Both the position numbers and the translations under genes were made by a program. From Chiloscyllium plagiosum (Eukaryota): 30,149 nt of DNA. The first letter of the stretch is position 1, and every line of letters begins with the position of its first letter. Of the stretch, positions 11,301 to 23,300 are shown in pieces. Under the pieces are notes generated by a model. That model saw only the letters and a program-made list of their open reading frames with translations, was not told where the DNA came from and did no database searches. Where the stretch lies: positions 1,053,330-1,083,478 of the forward strand of contig NC_057752.1 in assembly GCF_004010195.1 (NCBI RefSeq), given 5' to 3'.

Positions 11301-14300
11301 GGGAGAAAGTAGTATAGAGTACAATAGGTGAGTGGGGGAGGGGATGAAGGTGATAGNNNNNNNNNNNNNNNNNNNNNNNNNNNNNNNNNNNNNNNNNNNN
11401 NNNNNNNNNNNNNNNNNNNNNNNNNNNNNNNNNNNNNNNNNNNNNNNNNNNNNNNNNNNNNNNNNNNNNNNNNNNNNNNNNNNNNNNNNNNNNNNNNNNN
11501 NNNNNNNNNNNNNNNNNNNNNNNNNNNNNNNNNNNNNNNNNNNNNNNNNNNNNNNNNNNNNNNNNNNNNNNNNNNNNNNNNNNNNNNNNNNNNNNNNNNN
11601 NNNNNNNNNNNNNNNNNNNNNNNNNNNNNNNNNNNNNNNNNNNNNNNNNNNNNNNNNNNNNNNNNNNNNNNNNNNNNNNNNNNNNNNNNNNNNNNNNNNN
11701 NNNNNNNNNNNNNNNNNNNNNNNNNNNNNNNNNNNNNNNNNNNNNNNNNNNNNNNNNNNNNNNNNNNNNNNNNNNNNNNNNNNNNNNNNNNNNNNNNNNN
11801 NNNNNNNNNNNNNNNNNNNNNNNNNNNNNNNNNNNNNNNNNNNNNNNNNNNNNNNNNNNNNNNNNNNNCGGAGGTGCGGGATGTGGAGAGATGCGTTGGA
11901 GGGCATCTTTAACCACGTGGGAAGGGAAATTGCGGTTTCTAAAGAAGGAGGCCATCTGGTGTGTTCTGTGGTGGAACTGGTCCTCCTGGGAGCAGGTACG
12001 GTGGAGGCGGAGAAATTGGGAATACGGGATGGCATTTTTGCAAGAGGGAGGGTGGGAAGAAGTGTAATCCAGGTAGCTGTGGGAGTCGGTGGGTTTATAA
12101 AAAATGTCAGTGTCAAGTCGGTCATCGTTAATGGAGATGGAGAGGTCCAGGAAGGGGAGGGAGGTGTCAGAGATGGTCCAGGTAAATTTAAGGTCAGGGT
12201 GGAATGTGTTGGTGAAGTTGATGAATTGCACAACTTCCTCGCGGGAGCACGAGATGGCGCCAATGCAGTCATCAATGTAGCGGAGGAAGAGGTGGGGAGT
12301 GGTGCCGGTGTAATTACGGAAGATCGACTGTTCTACGTAACCAACAAAGAGACAGGCATAGCTGGGGCACATACGTTTGCCCATGGCTACCCCTTTGGTC
12401 TGGAGGAAGTGGGAGGATTCGAAGGAGAAATTGTTAAAGGTGAGGACCAGTTCAGCCAAACGAACGAGAGTGTCGGTGGAAGGGTACTGTTGGGGACGTC
12501 AGGAGAGGAAAAAACGGAGGGCTTGGAGGCCCTGGTCATGGCGGATGGAGGTGTAGAGGGATTGATATCCATGGTGAAGATGAGGTGTTGGGGGCCGGGG
12601 AAATGGAAGTCTTGGAGGAGGTGGAGGGCGTGGGTGGTGTCTCGAACGTATGTAGGGAGTTCCTGAACTAGGGGGGAATAGGACAGCGTCGAGGTAGGTA
12701 GGAATGAGTTCAGTGGAGCAGGAGCATGCTGAGACAATGGGTCGGCCAGGGTGGTCAGGCTTGTGGATCTTGGGAAGGAGGTAGAACCGGGCAGTGCAGG
12801 GTTCCCGGACTATGAGGTTGGAAGCTGTGGGTGGGAGATCTCCTGAGGTGATGAGGTTCTGTATGGTCTGGGAGATGATGGTTTGGTAATAGGGGGTGGT
12901 CACTAGGGTTGAAGATCTCAAAAAAACCCAGAAATTTAGCACTAGCAGTTTGAGGTGAATCAAACTAAGCAGTCAATAGGATTAGCTGAGACTCAAACTA
13001 ATTTAACAGGAATTGTCTCAATTATTACATGGCTGGCAGGCTTTAGTACAACTGCAGACTTCATTTGAAATATGTGAAAAAGAAGTCAGCATTCAATGTT
13101 CCTATATTCTAAAATTCTTGCCCTGTAAATCTGAACCACAAAATGAAACAGAGACATGATTTTGAACCGGCGATGAAAAAAGCTTCTTAGAAAAGAAATG
13201 CAACAATCTGAGAGCCACAGAATGAGCTTTTTACTGTTCACTGGGGTTTTGTGGTTTTCTTACCAGGTATGTGTATTGCAGAAGGAAATGGAAACAGTCA
13301 AACACAAGAGCTTAAAAGTCATAACAGAAGCCTGAAAATGCTTTTTTTTTTAAATTCTCTTGTGGGACATGGGTTGGCCAACATTTATTATCCCTCAGTT
13401 TCTCACCATTCCAGAATAGTCTACTTTTTCATATTTCATACCAAATGGAATGGTCTTCCGTTGATCACACTGTAGTCCATAATTTTTTCCCTCCTATTAC
13501 CTAACCTGTCTATACCCTTTTGCAGCCTCTTTGGGTTCACTTACTTTTACACCGAACTTTGTATCAGCAGAGTTGGATGCCTGCAGTGCCACGATCTAGT
13601 GATCTAGGTCTTTAATATAGATTATAAACAGCCAAGTCTGTACTAATCCTTGGGTACCATGACATGAGTTACACAGCCTGCTGTTCGTCATGTCCTGTTC
13701 TACCTCGTTTTTGTTTTTGGCCCATCAACCAATCATCAATTCATGCTAATATAGCACCCATAATTCTATCATTCCCAGTTTTATCTAATATCCTCTTGTA
13801 TTGCTGCTCATAGAATAAATTTAAACATCCAAATACACCGTATCCGCCAATTCTTTCAATAAGATGACAACAGGCTGCTTGGAGAAGAAGTGACAAAAAT
13901 CCAGCTACAAATTAGAAGGAGGTGTTTGCGAATCTCTGCAAAACCAAGGACTGACAAGATCTGCAGATCATCTGCCTCAGCGTTCTTGTTTGGAGAAGGT
14001 TTTGTGTTTTGAAGCGTCATAAAGCTCTCGAGAGGGAGAGGAAATCTGCTGCACTGGCTCGGCACAGTGTGAAGGATCGCTTCTTGCACATCAGCTGAAA
14101 CTGACTAAACTACAGCACGAGTCAACCATGGTTAGATCACCTACCAAAAATACACTTCAAAAAAGCCTCCTTTTCTGTACCATTTTAAACAGATGAATTA
14201 TCAATTGCATCAGACCACCTAGCCCCGAGTGCTTAAATGCCTGTTTCTTTACCGGGGTAAGTGTTCCACTTAATTACTTAACCTACTTTTGGCCTGTGTT

Positions 14301-17300
14301 TATAATCAAGAAGAAGATCATTCTGTATCTTGCTCTTTGGTAACTGGTTTTGTTTCCTCTCTCGCTCTCTACCCGCAGAAAAACCTCACTGACCCACTTC
14401 AGTAAAGGTGATTTCTGGTCTTTGGGAGTGGGGGGGGAAAAACAACAGCTCTCGCTTTTTTAAAAATCATTCTGACATGTGGGGGTCACAGGCAAGGCCA
14501 GCATCCACAACTGCCCTCAAGAAGCTGGTGATGGCAGGCTTTCTTCTCGAACCTCTGCATCCCAATAACACAAGAAATCATAGTAGCAAGCCTTCCAGCC
14601 TGCTTGCTGTTTGAGAAGAGCGTGACTGTACTGATGGTGGCCTCAGGTTTGAGCTGTCTGCACTGCTGTGACGTTGGGTTCAAATCAGTTCGTGCTGATC
14701 CTTTGCTGTGCCCTCTCGGGTTAGGTTGCCATGAGGCTACTGCAGACAGCATGCTGCCTACGACTGCACTGCCTTCACTTTTAGTGTGCTGCCTCAGGTC
14801 TCTGTCTTATCTAGAGTGACCGGCAAGAAGCTGGAAGAACACAACAAGCCAGGTGGCATCAGGAGGTGGAGAGGTCAACGTTTCAGGAGTAACCCTTCTT
14901 CAGGGCTGGGGGTGAGCGTAGGGGGAATTGAAAGTGAGTCTCAGCCAAATATTTTTTAAAAACTATTTCACAAATGTTCTTTATAAAAGGAAATCTGCCA
15001 TTCTTATCCAGTCTGGCTGACCTAGAACTCCAGATCCACAGCAATGTGGTTAACTCTCAACTGCCCTCCAAAATGCTCAAAGAAATTAGTGATGGACAAC
15101 AAATACTGGCCTTGCCAATGACACCCACATCATGAAAGGAAAGAAACAAAAAATGTCAAGGGACAGCAGCATATCACATACCAAAGAGATCACCACCTGA
15201 GCTTGGCATCCCAGCTAGCACACTGAATACATCTTCTATCATTAATTCAAAAACTCATTCTACGATCGCTGTTACTGCTATTTATATTGAAAAAGAGAGC
15301 CAGACCCTTCTTATTTTAAGCCAAGCACAACTCTTCGTTGTAATTCAGGAACTATGTAATAATGCATAGGTGTCAAATGGGCAGGTCTGCAACAATTTGT
15401 CAGGATCTCTGGTTCAATTCTGTGGGACCCCATTTGCCATTTCAATTGGACCTCCACAAATGGGTGGCCATGAATATCATGAGCACCAGGTGAAGGATTT
15501 AAAGGCCCAAGAGAGGGTTGGACGTAGGTGGACAGGGCAGTCAGGCTAACAGCAGGAGCCATATGCTCCGATGAATGACTCATAGCACCAGAGCACAAGG
15601 GGCACTAAAATGGCCAAGGAAGAGGCCCATGGTCAGGGTGTCATTGCTCACATCCTACGGAGGGAGTTGGAAGAGATGACCTAATGGCTGAGTGCGAACA
15701 TTAAACAGAATGCATTCTGTGACGAGTCAACTGTTGAGAGCTACTAGACTCATGCCTACCCTGTCAAAATTATAACCTGCTTCTTTGTCTGTTTCTTCAA
15801 TGCCATGTGTGTGTCTGTATTTCTCATGGAGCCAGTGTGCGTAATCACTGTGGGGACAATCTGGATTGTTCATCCGAGGGCTTCCCTTACTTCTGTTCAA
15901 CATCTCCTGCCCCCGTCTCACTTCCCTTCCAAGATGGCCCAGGATTAGTGAATGTGCTCCCCCCCCACCAAACTTCTGTGTGTTGCAATACATCAATGCA
16001 ATAAAAAGCCATGTCACAAAGGGAAAGTGGAATTACAGCAACCGCAAAACGATCATGGCGACGAACCTACAGGAGTGTGGGGAGGGAAAGAAACATAAAA
16101 ACAATATAAATTATGGCCAACAAGACACCACAGTCTCAAGTATGGCACCGCACTAACTGATCCACTCACTATGTTGTGGGATATCAAATCGGCAAAATGC
16201 AGCTCTGGCATCAGCAGCACAAATAGCAGGCAATAGGCAAGTTATCAGCACATTGTAAAGCCAAGACTCCGGGGATGCAATGGTTTAAGTCAAGGTCACT
16301 TTGGTCAGCTTTGTCATGGCAAGGCTCAAAAGGCCCCAGGTACTACTCACACCTTGTAAATGCACTGACATGGCATTGTCCCATTCAAATGATCTGTCAA
16401 ACTGAAGCAGAAGGAGCTTTAACAAATAACTCAGAGAAATGATGAAACCTTTCCACACGAATGCACATACAAAAACCTTGGAATGCAGTCCAATTTGTCT
16501 TCAGGTTTGACAGATTTTAGATAAACACAGACCACACATATAATCATACACATACAAAAATATACATTCAAATTAGTTTTAAAGGAACAATGCCACATTC
16601 AGTGAGCCAACGTGGTTTTTTTTGTCATTGAAGTTTTTGTTCAATTGCAAGTGCAGATTGTTGGAGAGTAGCGAGACAGTTATCCTGCTGTCATCTTGTT
16701 AACAGCAAGTAATTCATTAATATCACCTGCACTCTAAGTTCAAATTTAAGCTGGTATCATTGCTTTTGGTAAAAATGGAATCCACAACAAACAGTGATCG
16801 GAATGGAGATAACGGCTTCTGTGTTGTGTTCAAGGTCGTCAATTTGGTTGTTTGTACTCCATCTGCTACAACCTGACCTGCACCCTTTCTTCCACCATCC
16901 ATTGTCCAACAAACCCATCCTCCCAATACACAACCTTGATGCGGTGCACGGACCAGCACTATTGGTTTCAGAAATCCAAAAATAGAGTTAGCAACCCTTC
17001 AGGATTAGTCTGGAGACTCCTACGCAATATTACCTGGTAGAAAAATCACCGCAGAGCTCAAAACAACTGCGCTTTTCAAAATAAAATGTTTACATGGAAT
17101 ACTTTTGTTCATAAAATGTTTAGAGTTAAGAAAAGGAAGCTGCTTAACTGACTGGCTTTCCGATTGGTTTGTGAAGACATCCATGTGTGTCTGTTGGGAT
17201 GGATATTTTGGGAAACCAATGGTAGAAGTGGGACAGTTTGAGGTGGTAGATCATGTCGTAGTGATGAAGCTTCCTGGAATGCATTTAACCAGAGTTGGCA

Positions 17301-20300
17301 ACTTTCAAACAAAGTCACTAGCCCCATTCCTGATCACTATCCAATGACTGTTGCTAGACGGCTGAAGTGCAGCCAGCATTCAAATAAAAGCAAAATACTC
17401 CAGATGCTGGAGATCTGGAAAACAGATGCTGCTGGAGAAACTCAGCAGGTCTGTGGAGAGAGTTAATGTTTCAAGTCCAGCATGACTCTTACTCAGAGTT
17501 TCTCCAACTCTTTGTTTTATTGTGGTCAACACTGCTCTTGCGCCCAAACAGCCTGTTGACAATCGTGGGCATGTTCACATGTGAAAAATGGCAGGGGTCT
17601 TGAAAGATTTTCAATTATTTTTGAATTGTCCCCTCCTTTCAGAAGGTTGGAAAGGAATCTATGCCTACAAAAACTGTGAACATCAAACTACCTGATGTAT
17701 ATACTGAAGAAAAGATCAATCTAAATAAAGACTGTGGAATTAATTTATTCAGCACTACGCTTTCATGTTTGAGAGACAGCAGCATTTTGTTTATTCTCTG
17801 TAGTTTCACACTTAGCATGTACATTTTACTTTGCTGCAACAAAGGCCAGAACACTGAAAAGAAAGCTAGATTTAAATTTGGAACACAGTTACCGACAGAA
17901 TTGCCCCTGACAGAGAATTATGAACATACCCCCACTGAATATACATCTGCTGCATAAATGCCCACATGTGTTCCAGATGTTCAGCTCAAATCTCTCTCTC
18001 TCATGCCAATCAGGAACAATAAAACCAGGGCCAGGATAGGATTGGTGGAAGATAGTAAATGAAAGAGAAACCTGGATTTAACTTTGAAAAGCACATGGAG
18101 TTGGGGGCTGTGACTGAGACTAACGTCTTGCAGAGGTTGAGGGCGTTTAATAAAAAATTGCAATTTTTGTGGATAGTGTGCAAATAGTTGGACTTTTTTA
18201 GAAAACACATTTCTAATTTTCATGCTCAAGTTTAAGAACGATTCTTTATTTTCCCCCCCTTCTGTTTAAGTCCACCTCTTACCACCATCAAGATACCAAA
18301 TCCCAGGTCAGATGCACCAGAGACAGAGTAAAGCTAATGTGGTCCTAAACATTACTACCCAGCATCTCCTACTGCACTAGTGTTCTTTATGAAGTAAAAT
18401 GCCAATTACATAGAATGTTATACTGTGGAGCTGGATAGGAATGGCCCAAAGACATTACACACTGGCTCCTTATAGCTTATACAGATTATCATTTTGTCAG
18501 CCTGGGCTGGACGCAAACCCAAGTGCCAATGGTGCAAGGCTAAAGTATAACAGACTACAGCAGCGAAATCTGGCCTATTCCCATTACACACCTCAACCTA
18601 GCTAATAGTGCCACCAATAGGAAAGCCAATGAACATTCCTCAGTGTACAGACCTTGGGTTGGGGAAGGTTAAGTACTCATTGCATCCCTGTGTGTCTGTT
18701 AGAAGCCAAGCAATACATACCGTAGGATAGATTGCCTGGCAGAGCGAGAGAGGCTGTTGCTGAAAGCCAGGGGCAGGACATTGCTCTGGTGCAGATCTTC
18801 TATAGACCTGCCCCAGGGTTTCGACTTGTCGAGGGCACCATCATCACCATTCTCCACAAGGTCAAAGTCAAACCTAGGTCACAATGGGATAAAAATGTCT
18901 TTTGATCACCCCCGTCCACACTGATTGACATGTAGCCCCTTTAAGTACAGAATCGCCATGTGCCTATTTCTGTTTCATATCATTAACAGGAATAAAAAAG
19001 GGTATACTACCCTTTAAATGGCAGTCTCTGAATGTTTAAATGAGGATTAAGGAGCTTTGCACTGATTGTTTTCCTACAAGATTTGAACATTTCTTTAAAC
19101 TTCAGGAATTTTCCACAGTCACCTTAATCACACTGTTCCAATAAGAACAAATCGAACTGGTGAGAATAGATGTGACAAAACATACTTTATACCACTTCTC
19201 ACCTGCAATATCAGCCCCGTGCAAGATTAAGAGCACTACAAGTGCTTGTTCTGGTAAGATTCAGTTCAAAGAAGGTGGCATTTCTGCTCAGTGTGGATCA
19301 ATCTCCCTACCTGTTTGCGCAGAGACTGGTTCTTTCCAGAGCCCGATGGTCATTACCTAGACACAAAAAAAAACCCAAATGCAAAAGAGGAGGGAGGTCC
19401 ATTGTGGAAAAGCTCAAAAAATGTGGAAAGCTGATGGGTCGATGCCAGTCAGATGCTCGAGACTACTTCAGATGTATTTCACACTCAAAGCCAGGATTAT
19501 GGAAAGCTTTGGAAAATAGGGGAAGGAGCCTGTGAAGGTGAAATGAAGCATAATATGCAGAATGCCAAAGTGTAGAGCTGTAAAACCTGTTAGAAAGGCA
19601 TTGCCAAGGTCTAGAAAGCCCCTGAGAAAGGAGCACAGGAAAATTCACAAAACAGAAGTTTATAACTGAAGTGTTGATGCTTTTTGCCACTGTGGGATGC
19701 TGAGGTGCACGCCACAAAGTCTGGGGACAGCCACATGTACAAGTTAACTGCCCAGTTCCATTAATCCCCAGATCTCTCCAGCTGCTGGTTTAGACAGATC
19801 TTGGCATTCTGATTTAAGACTCATACACAGATAAAGCAACAGTGTTAAGCATAGCATTCTCCTAACCGCCAAGGTCACATGCAGAACATCCAAGTCAATA
19901 TGAAATGTAAACTCTAAAGGAAACGAGTTGCCAGGTTTTGTGGGTGACTTGAACACCACTTGATCTATGGGACTGTCCTGCACTGGACAGAATTAAATAA
20001 TGACATTGGACCCAGCTGGTCATTACTTCAGAACATATGAAGCTGAAGGAGGCCACTCAGCCTCTCAAGCCTGCTCTGTCAACCAATAAGATCATGGCTG
20101 ATCTGATCTCAATCTCAACTCTGCATTCCTGTTGTCCCTCTGGTCACCTATAGGTCAAAGATCTGCTTAAGTAATCTTTGAATAAACTCAATTTCCCAAC
20201 CTCCTTTCCTCTCCAAGGTGGAGGACTCCAAAGATTTACAATCCCTGAATCTCCTCATATCCACCATAAGTGAGCAATCCCTTATTCTGAACTTGTGGCC

Positions 20301-23300
20301 CCTTGTTCCATGCTCCCCCATGAGGGGAAACAACCTCTCATCATCAGGTGCTACCAAGGTTTCATAAGATCACCTCGGACTCTTCTAAACGGCAATGCCG
20401 TAGACTCAGCCTGCTCAAACCTTTCTTATAAGACAATCCCCAGTGAACACTCCCTGAGCTGCCTCCAATGCAAGTACATCTGTCCTAAAGTAAGATAACC
20501 AAAACTGTGCACAGTGCTCCCGATGTGGTCTCACCAACATCTTAGAGTTGGAGCAACACCTCCCTACTTTCATACTCCATCTCACTTGTAATAAAGGTCA
20601 ACAGTCCATTAAGTCAAATTCAACTACAAAAAAAACACAAAAATCTTGCTTAAAAACTAAATTGAAAAACTTGATTAATAAACTGGTGGAGTAATGTGGC
20701 ACCATCTGTGGAAAATCTCTTAGATGAAGGAAGACTAATCTGCAAACAGAAACCTTTGTTCATCCAAATCTCAGATGGCAATTGCTGGAATATAATCCAG
20801 GACCTGCTGAGTGTTATTTACCAATGAGATGAAATGCAACAGGCAAACGATCCTGGGGATCAACTTAATCAGAATCGGTGATTCTTGCGCGGCATGCTGC
20901 TTACCAACATACAACCAAGAAGGAGGACTAAGCCATTCAGCCCTTTAAGTCGGCTCTGTCATTCAATAAGATTGCGGCTAATCTGATTTTGGCCTCGAAC
21001 CTACATTGCCATTTACCCCTGATAACCTTTCACCCCCTTCCTTACCAAGAATCTGGCTATTCAGAAGCTGGCTTCCATCGCCTTTTGAGGAAGAGAGAGT
21101 TCAAAAGACTCAAGAAAAAATTTCACCTCATACGTTTTAAATGGGCAAGGACCTCTTACTTTTAAACAGTGAGCCCTAATCCTAGATTCTTGCACAAGAA
21201 GAAACATCCTCTCCACGGCCACCCTATCAATTCCCGTCAGGATCTTATTTGTTTAAAACAAGTCACCTTGCTTATCCCATTCGACTGGAAGCACCATGCT
21301 GACAGAAGCCCTCAGTTCAAGATGGCGGGAAGGATTTATATTGGGGGTCAGAATCAATCTCTGCAAATTACTGGAATTTAAATCCAAGAATGTGAAGACA
21401 AGTTACAACTTCCATGCTAAAGGGCCACCCAAGATTGAAGTATATTCCCACACAATTCACTTACCACAAGCGTATTCAAGGGAGCTTAACTGTTCAGGCA
21501 GTTTTAATGCATCCAGTCCTAACATCTGCTGTAACTGAACTTCTGTTGTTGAAAGGTTTCAAGGAGAGCAGAGATTAGAAATGAAAAAGCAGAGAATAAA
21601 GCCTTAAATGGAACTTTTTTTTTGAGAAACACAAAGGTAGAAGAATGGAGATGGAAAAGTATAACACCAGGCAACCCTTCCTCCAGCTACTTACATAACT
21701 CCGCACTGCGCAAAGGAGAGATAGTCCACCAGCACATTGAGACCCTGGTTTTCATCGTTTAAAAACTCCCGCACCCACCTAGAAGAGAATAAAGCATATT
21801 TACTGAAGATGTCATTGCGCATATTAATTGTTCTCTTTCCTTAATCTGCCACTGCTGTACCTGTCAGGATTAAAAACAGATTGCAGTCAGTGCACAGTAA
21901 TTATCAATAACCCACCAGTGTTGGAAAGAAGAGTCTATGTACACCACCAGTGTTCACAGTGTGGCCGGAGGTCAATTCACGTTTCACTCCTTTATCACTG
22001 GCCCTGCTGTCTTCAACCATATTTCAGATGCCTCTGGCCTAGAGAATTGTGAGTTCAAGTCCCACTCCAGAGACGAACACTAAACAAAACCCAACAAGCC
22101 AATGCAGTACTGAGGAAATGCTGCACTGCTGATTGAACAGTTAATCCAAGGCCCATTTCTGCCCTGCCAAATGAGCAGAAAAGATGCTTCTGTACTGTTT
22201 TAAAGAAGAGCTGGGGAGTGCTCCTCTGTGGCGAAAGTGAAGACTGCAGTTGCCAGAGATTAGAGTCGAGAGTGTGGTGCTGGAAAAGCACAGCAAGTCA
22301 GGCAGCATTCGAGGAGCAGGAGAATCAACGTTTCGGGCAAAAGCCCTTCATCAGGAAAGAGGCCTTGAGCCGAGGAGGTGGTGAGATAAATGGGAGGTGG
22401 TTGGGGCTGAGGGAAAGGTAGCTGAGAGTGCAATAGGTAGATGCAGGTGGGGATAATGGCAATAGGTCGGCGAGGAGGGTGGAGTGGATAGGTGGGAAGG
22501 AAGATTGACAGTGGGACAGGTCATGAGGGTGGTGCTGAGTAGGAAGGTTGGAACTTGGATAAAGGTGGGGGGAGGAGAAATGAGGAAACTGGTGCCATGG
22601 GGTTGGAGGGTCCCAAAGCGGAAGATGAGGCGTTCTTCCTCCAGGCGTCAGGTGGCTAGGGAGTGGTGATGGAGGCGGCCCAGGACCTGCATGTCCTCTG
22701 AGGAGTGGGAGGGGGAGCTAAAGTGTTTGGCCACGGGGTGGTACGGTTGGTTAGTGCGGGTTGCACTCTCAGGTACCTTCCTACCAGCACCCACCACAAT
22801 TTATCTCACCACCCCCTTGGCTCACAGTCTCATTCCTAATCAAGGGCTTTTGCCCAAAACATCGATTCTCCTGCTCCTCGGATGTCACCAGCACCACTCT
22901 AGAGTTCTTCTCCATGTCCTGGTCATCATTTTGCTAATCAACATCGCAAAAATAAGAGATTTGGTCATTATCACATTGTTGTTTTGGGAGTTTGCTGTGG
23001 TTCATACAGTGCAACAGTGACTGCACTTCACAAAATACTTCACTGGCTGTAAAGCACACTGAGACATGAACAGTGCAAAATATATACAGTAGCGCCTCGA
23101 CTTATGAACTTAATCCATTCCGGGACCCGGTTCGCGAACCGAAAAGTTCGCGAACTGAATCAATTTTTTCCCATTGTTCGGAAAGCGTAAGAATGCTTGG
23201 ACGGTTGTTCACAGCGCACGCGCCAAAGACGAACTGAATGAGATCACGCAGGGCCCGAGAGCTTTTGCGTTCAACAAGCGCGTAGCAAAGCAGAACAATG

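Larger units (their letters stand above)
11155..12901 (-). mobile_element. Penelope-like retroelement, 5'-truncated and frameshifted: RT domain plus 3' pLTR
   Basis: Motifs [22 protein letters not shown](I/Y)QSLYTSI (split by a frameshift), [26 protein letters not shown] and [14 protein letters not shown]; possible TSD ACTAGG at 11149-11154 and 12902-12907. Confidence 0.9.

Noticed and set aside
11142..12666. Long ORFs of 377-444 aa spanning the N run
   Set aside because: Their length is inflated by the 512-N gap. Only the minus-strand PLE RT frame is meaningful; the others are shadow frames.
13251..13300. ttttcttaccag|gtatgt (plus strand) and CTG|gtaaga (minus strand) splice-like motifs
   Set aside because: The plus-strand motif is antisense to the gene, and the minus-strand donor has no AG acceptor after its pyrimidine tract.
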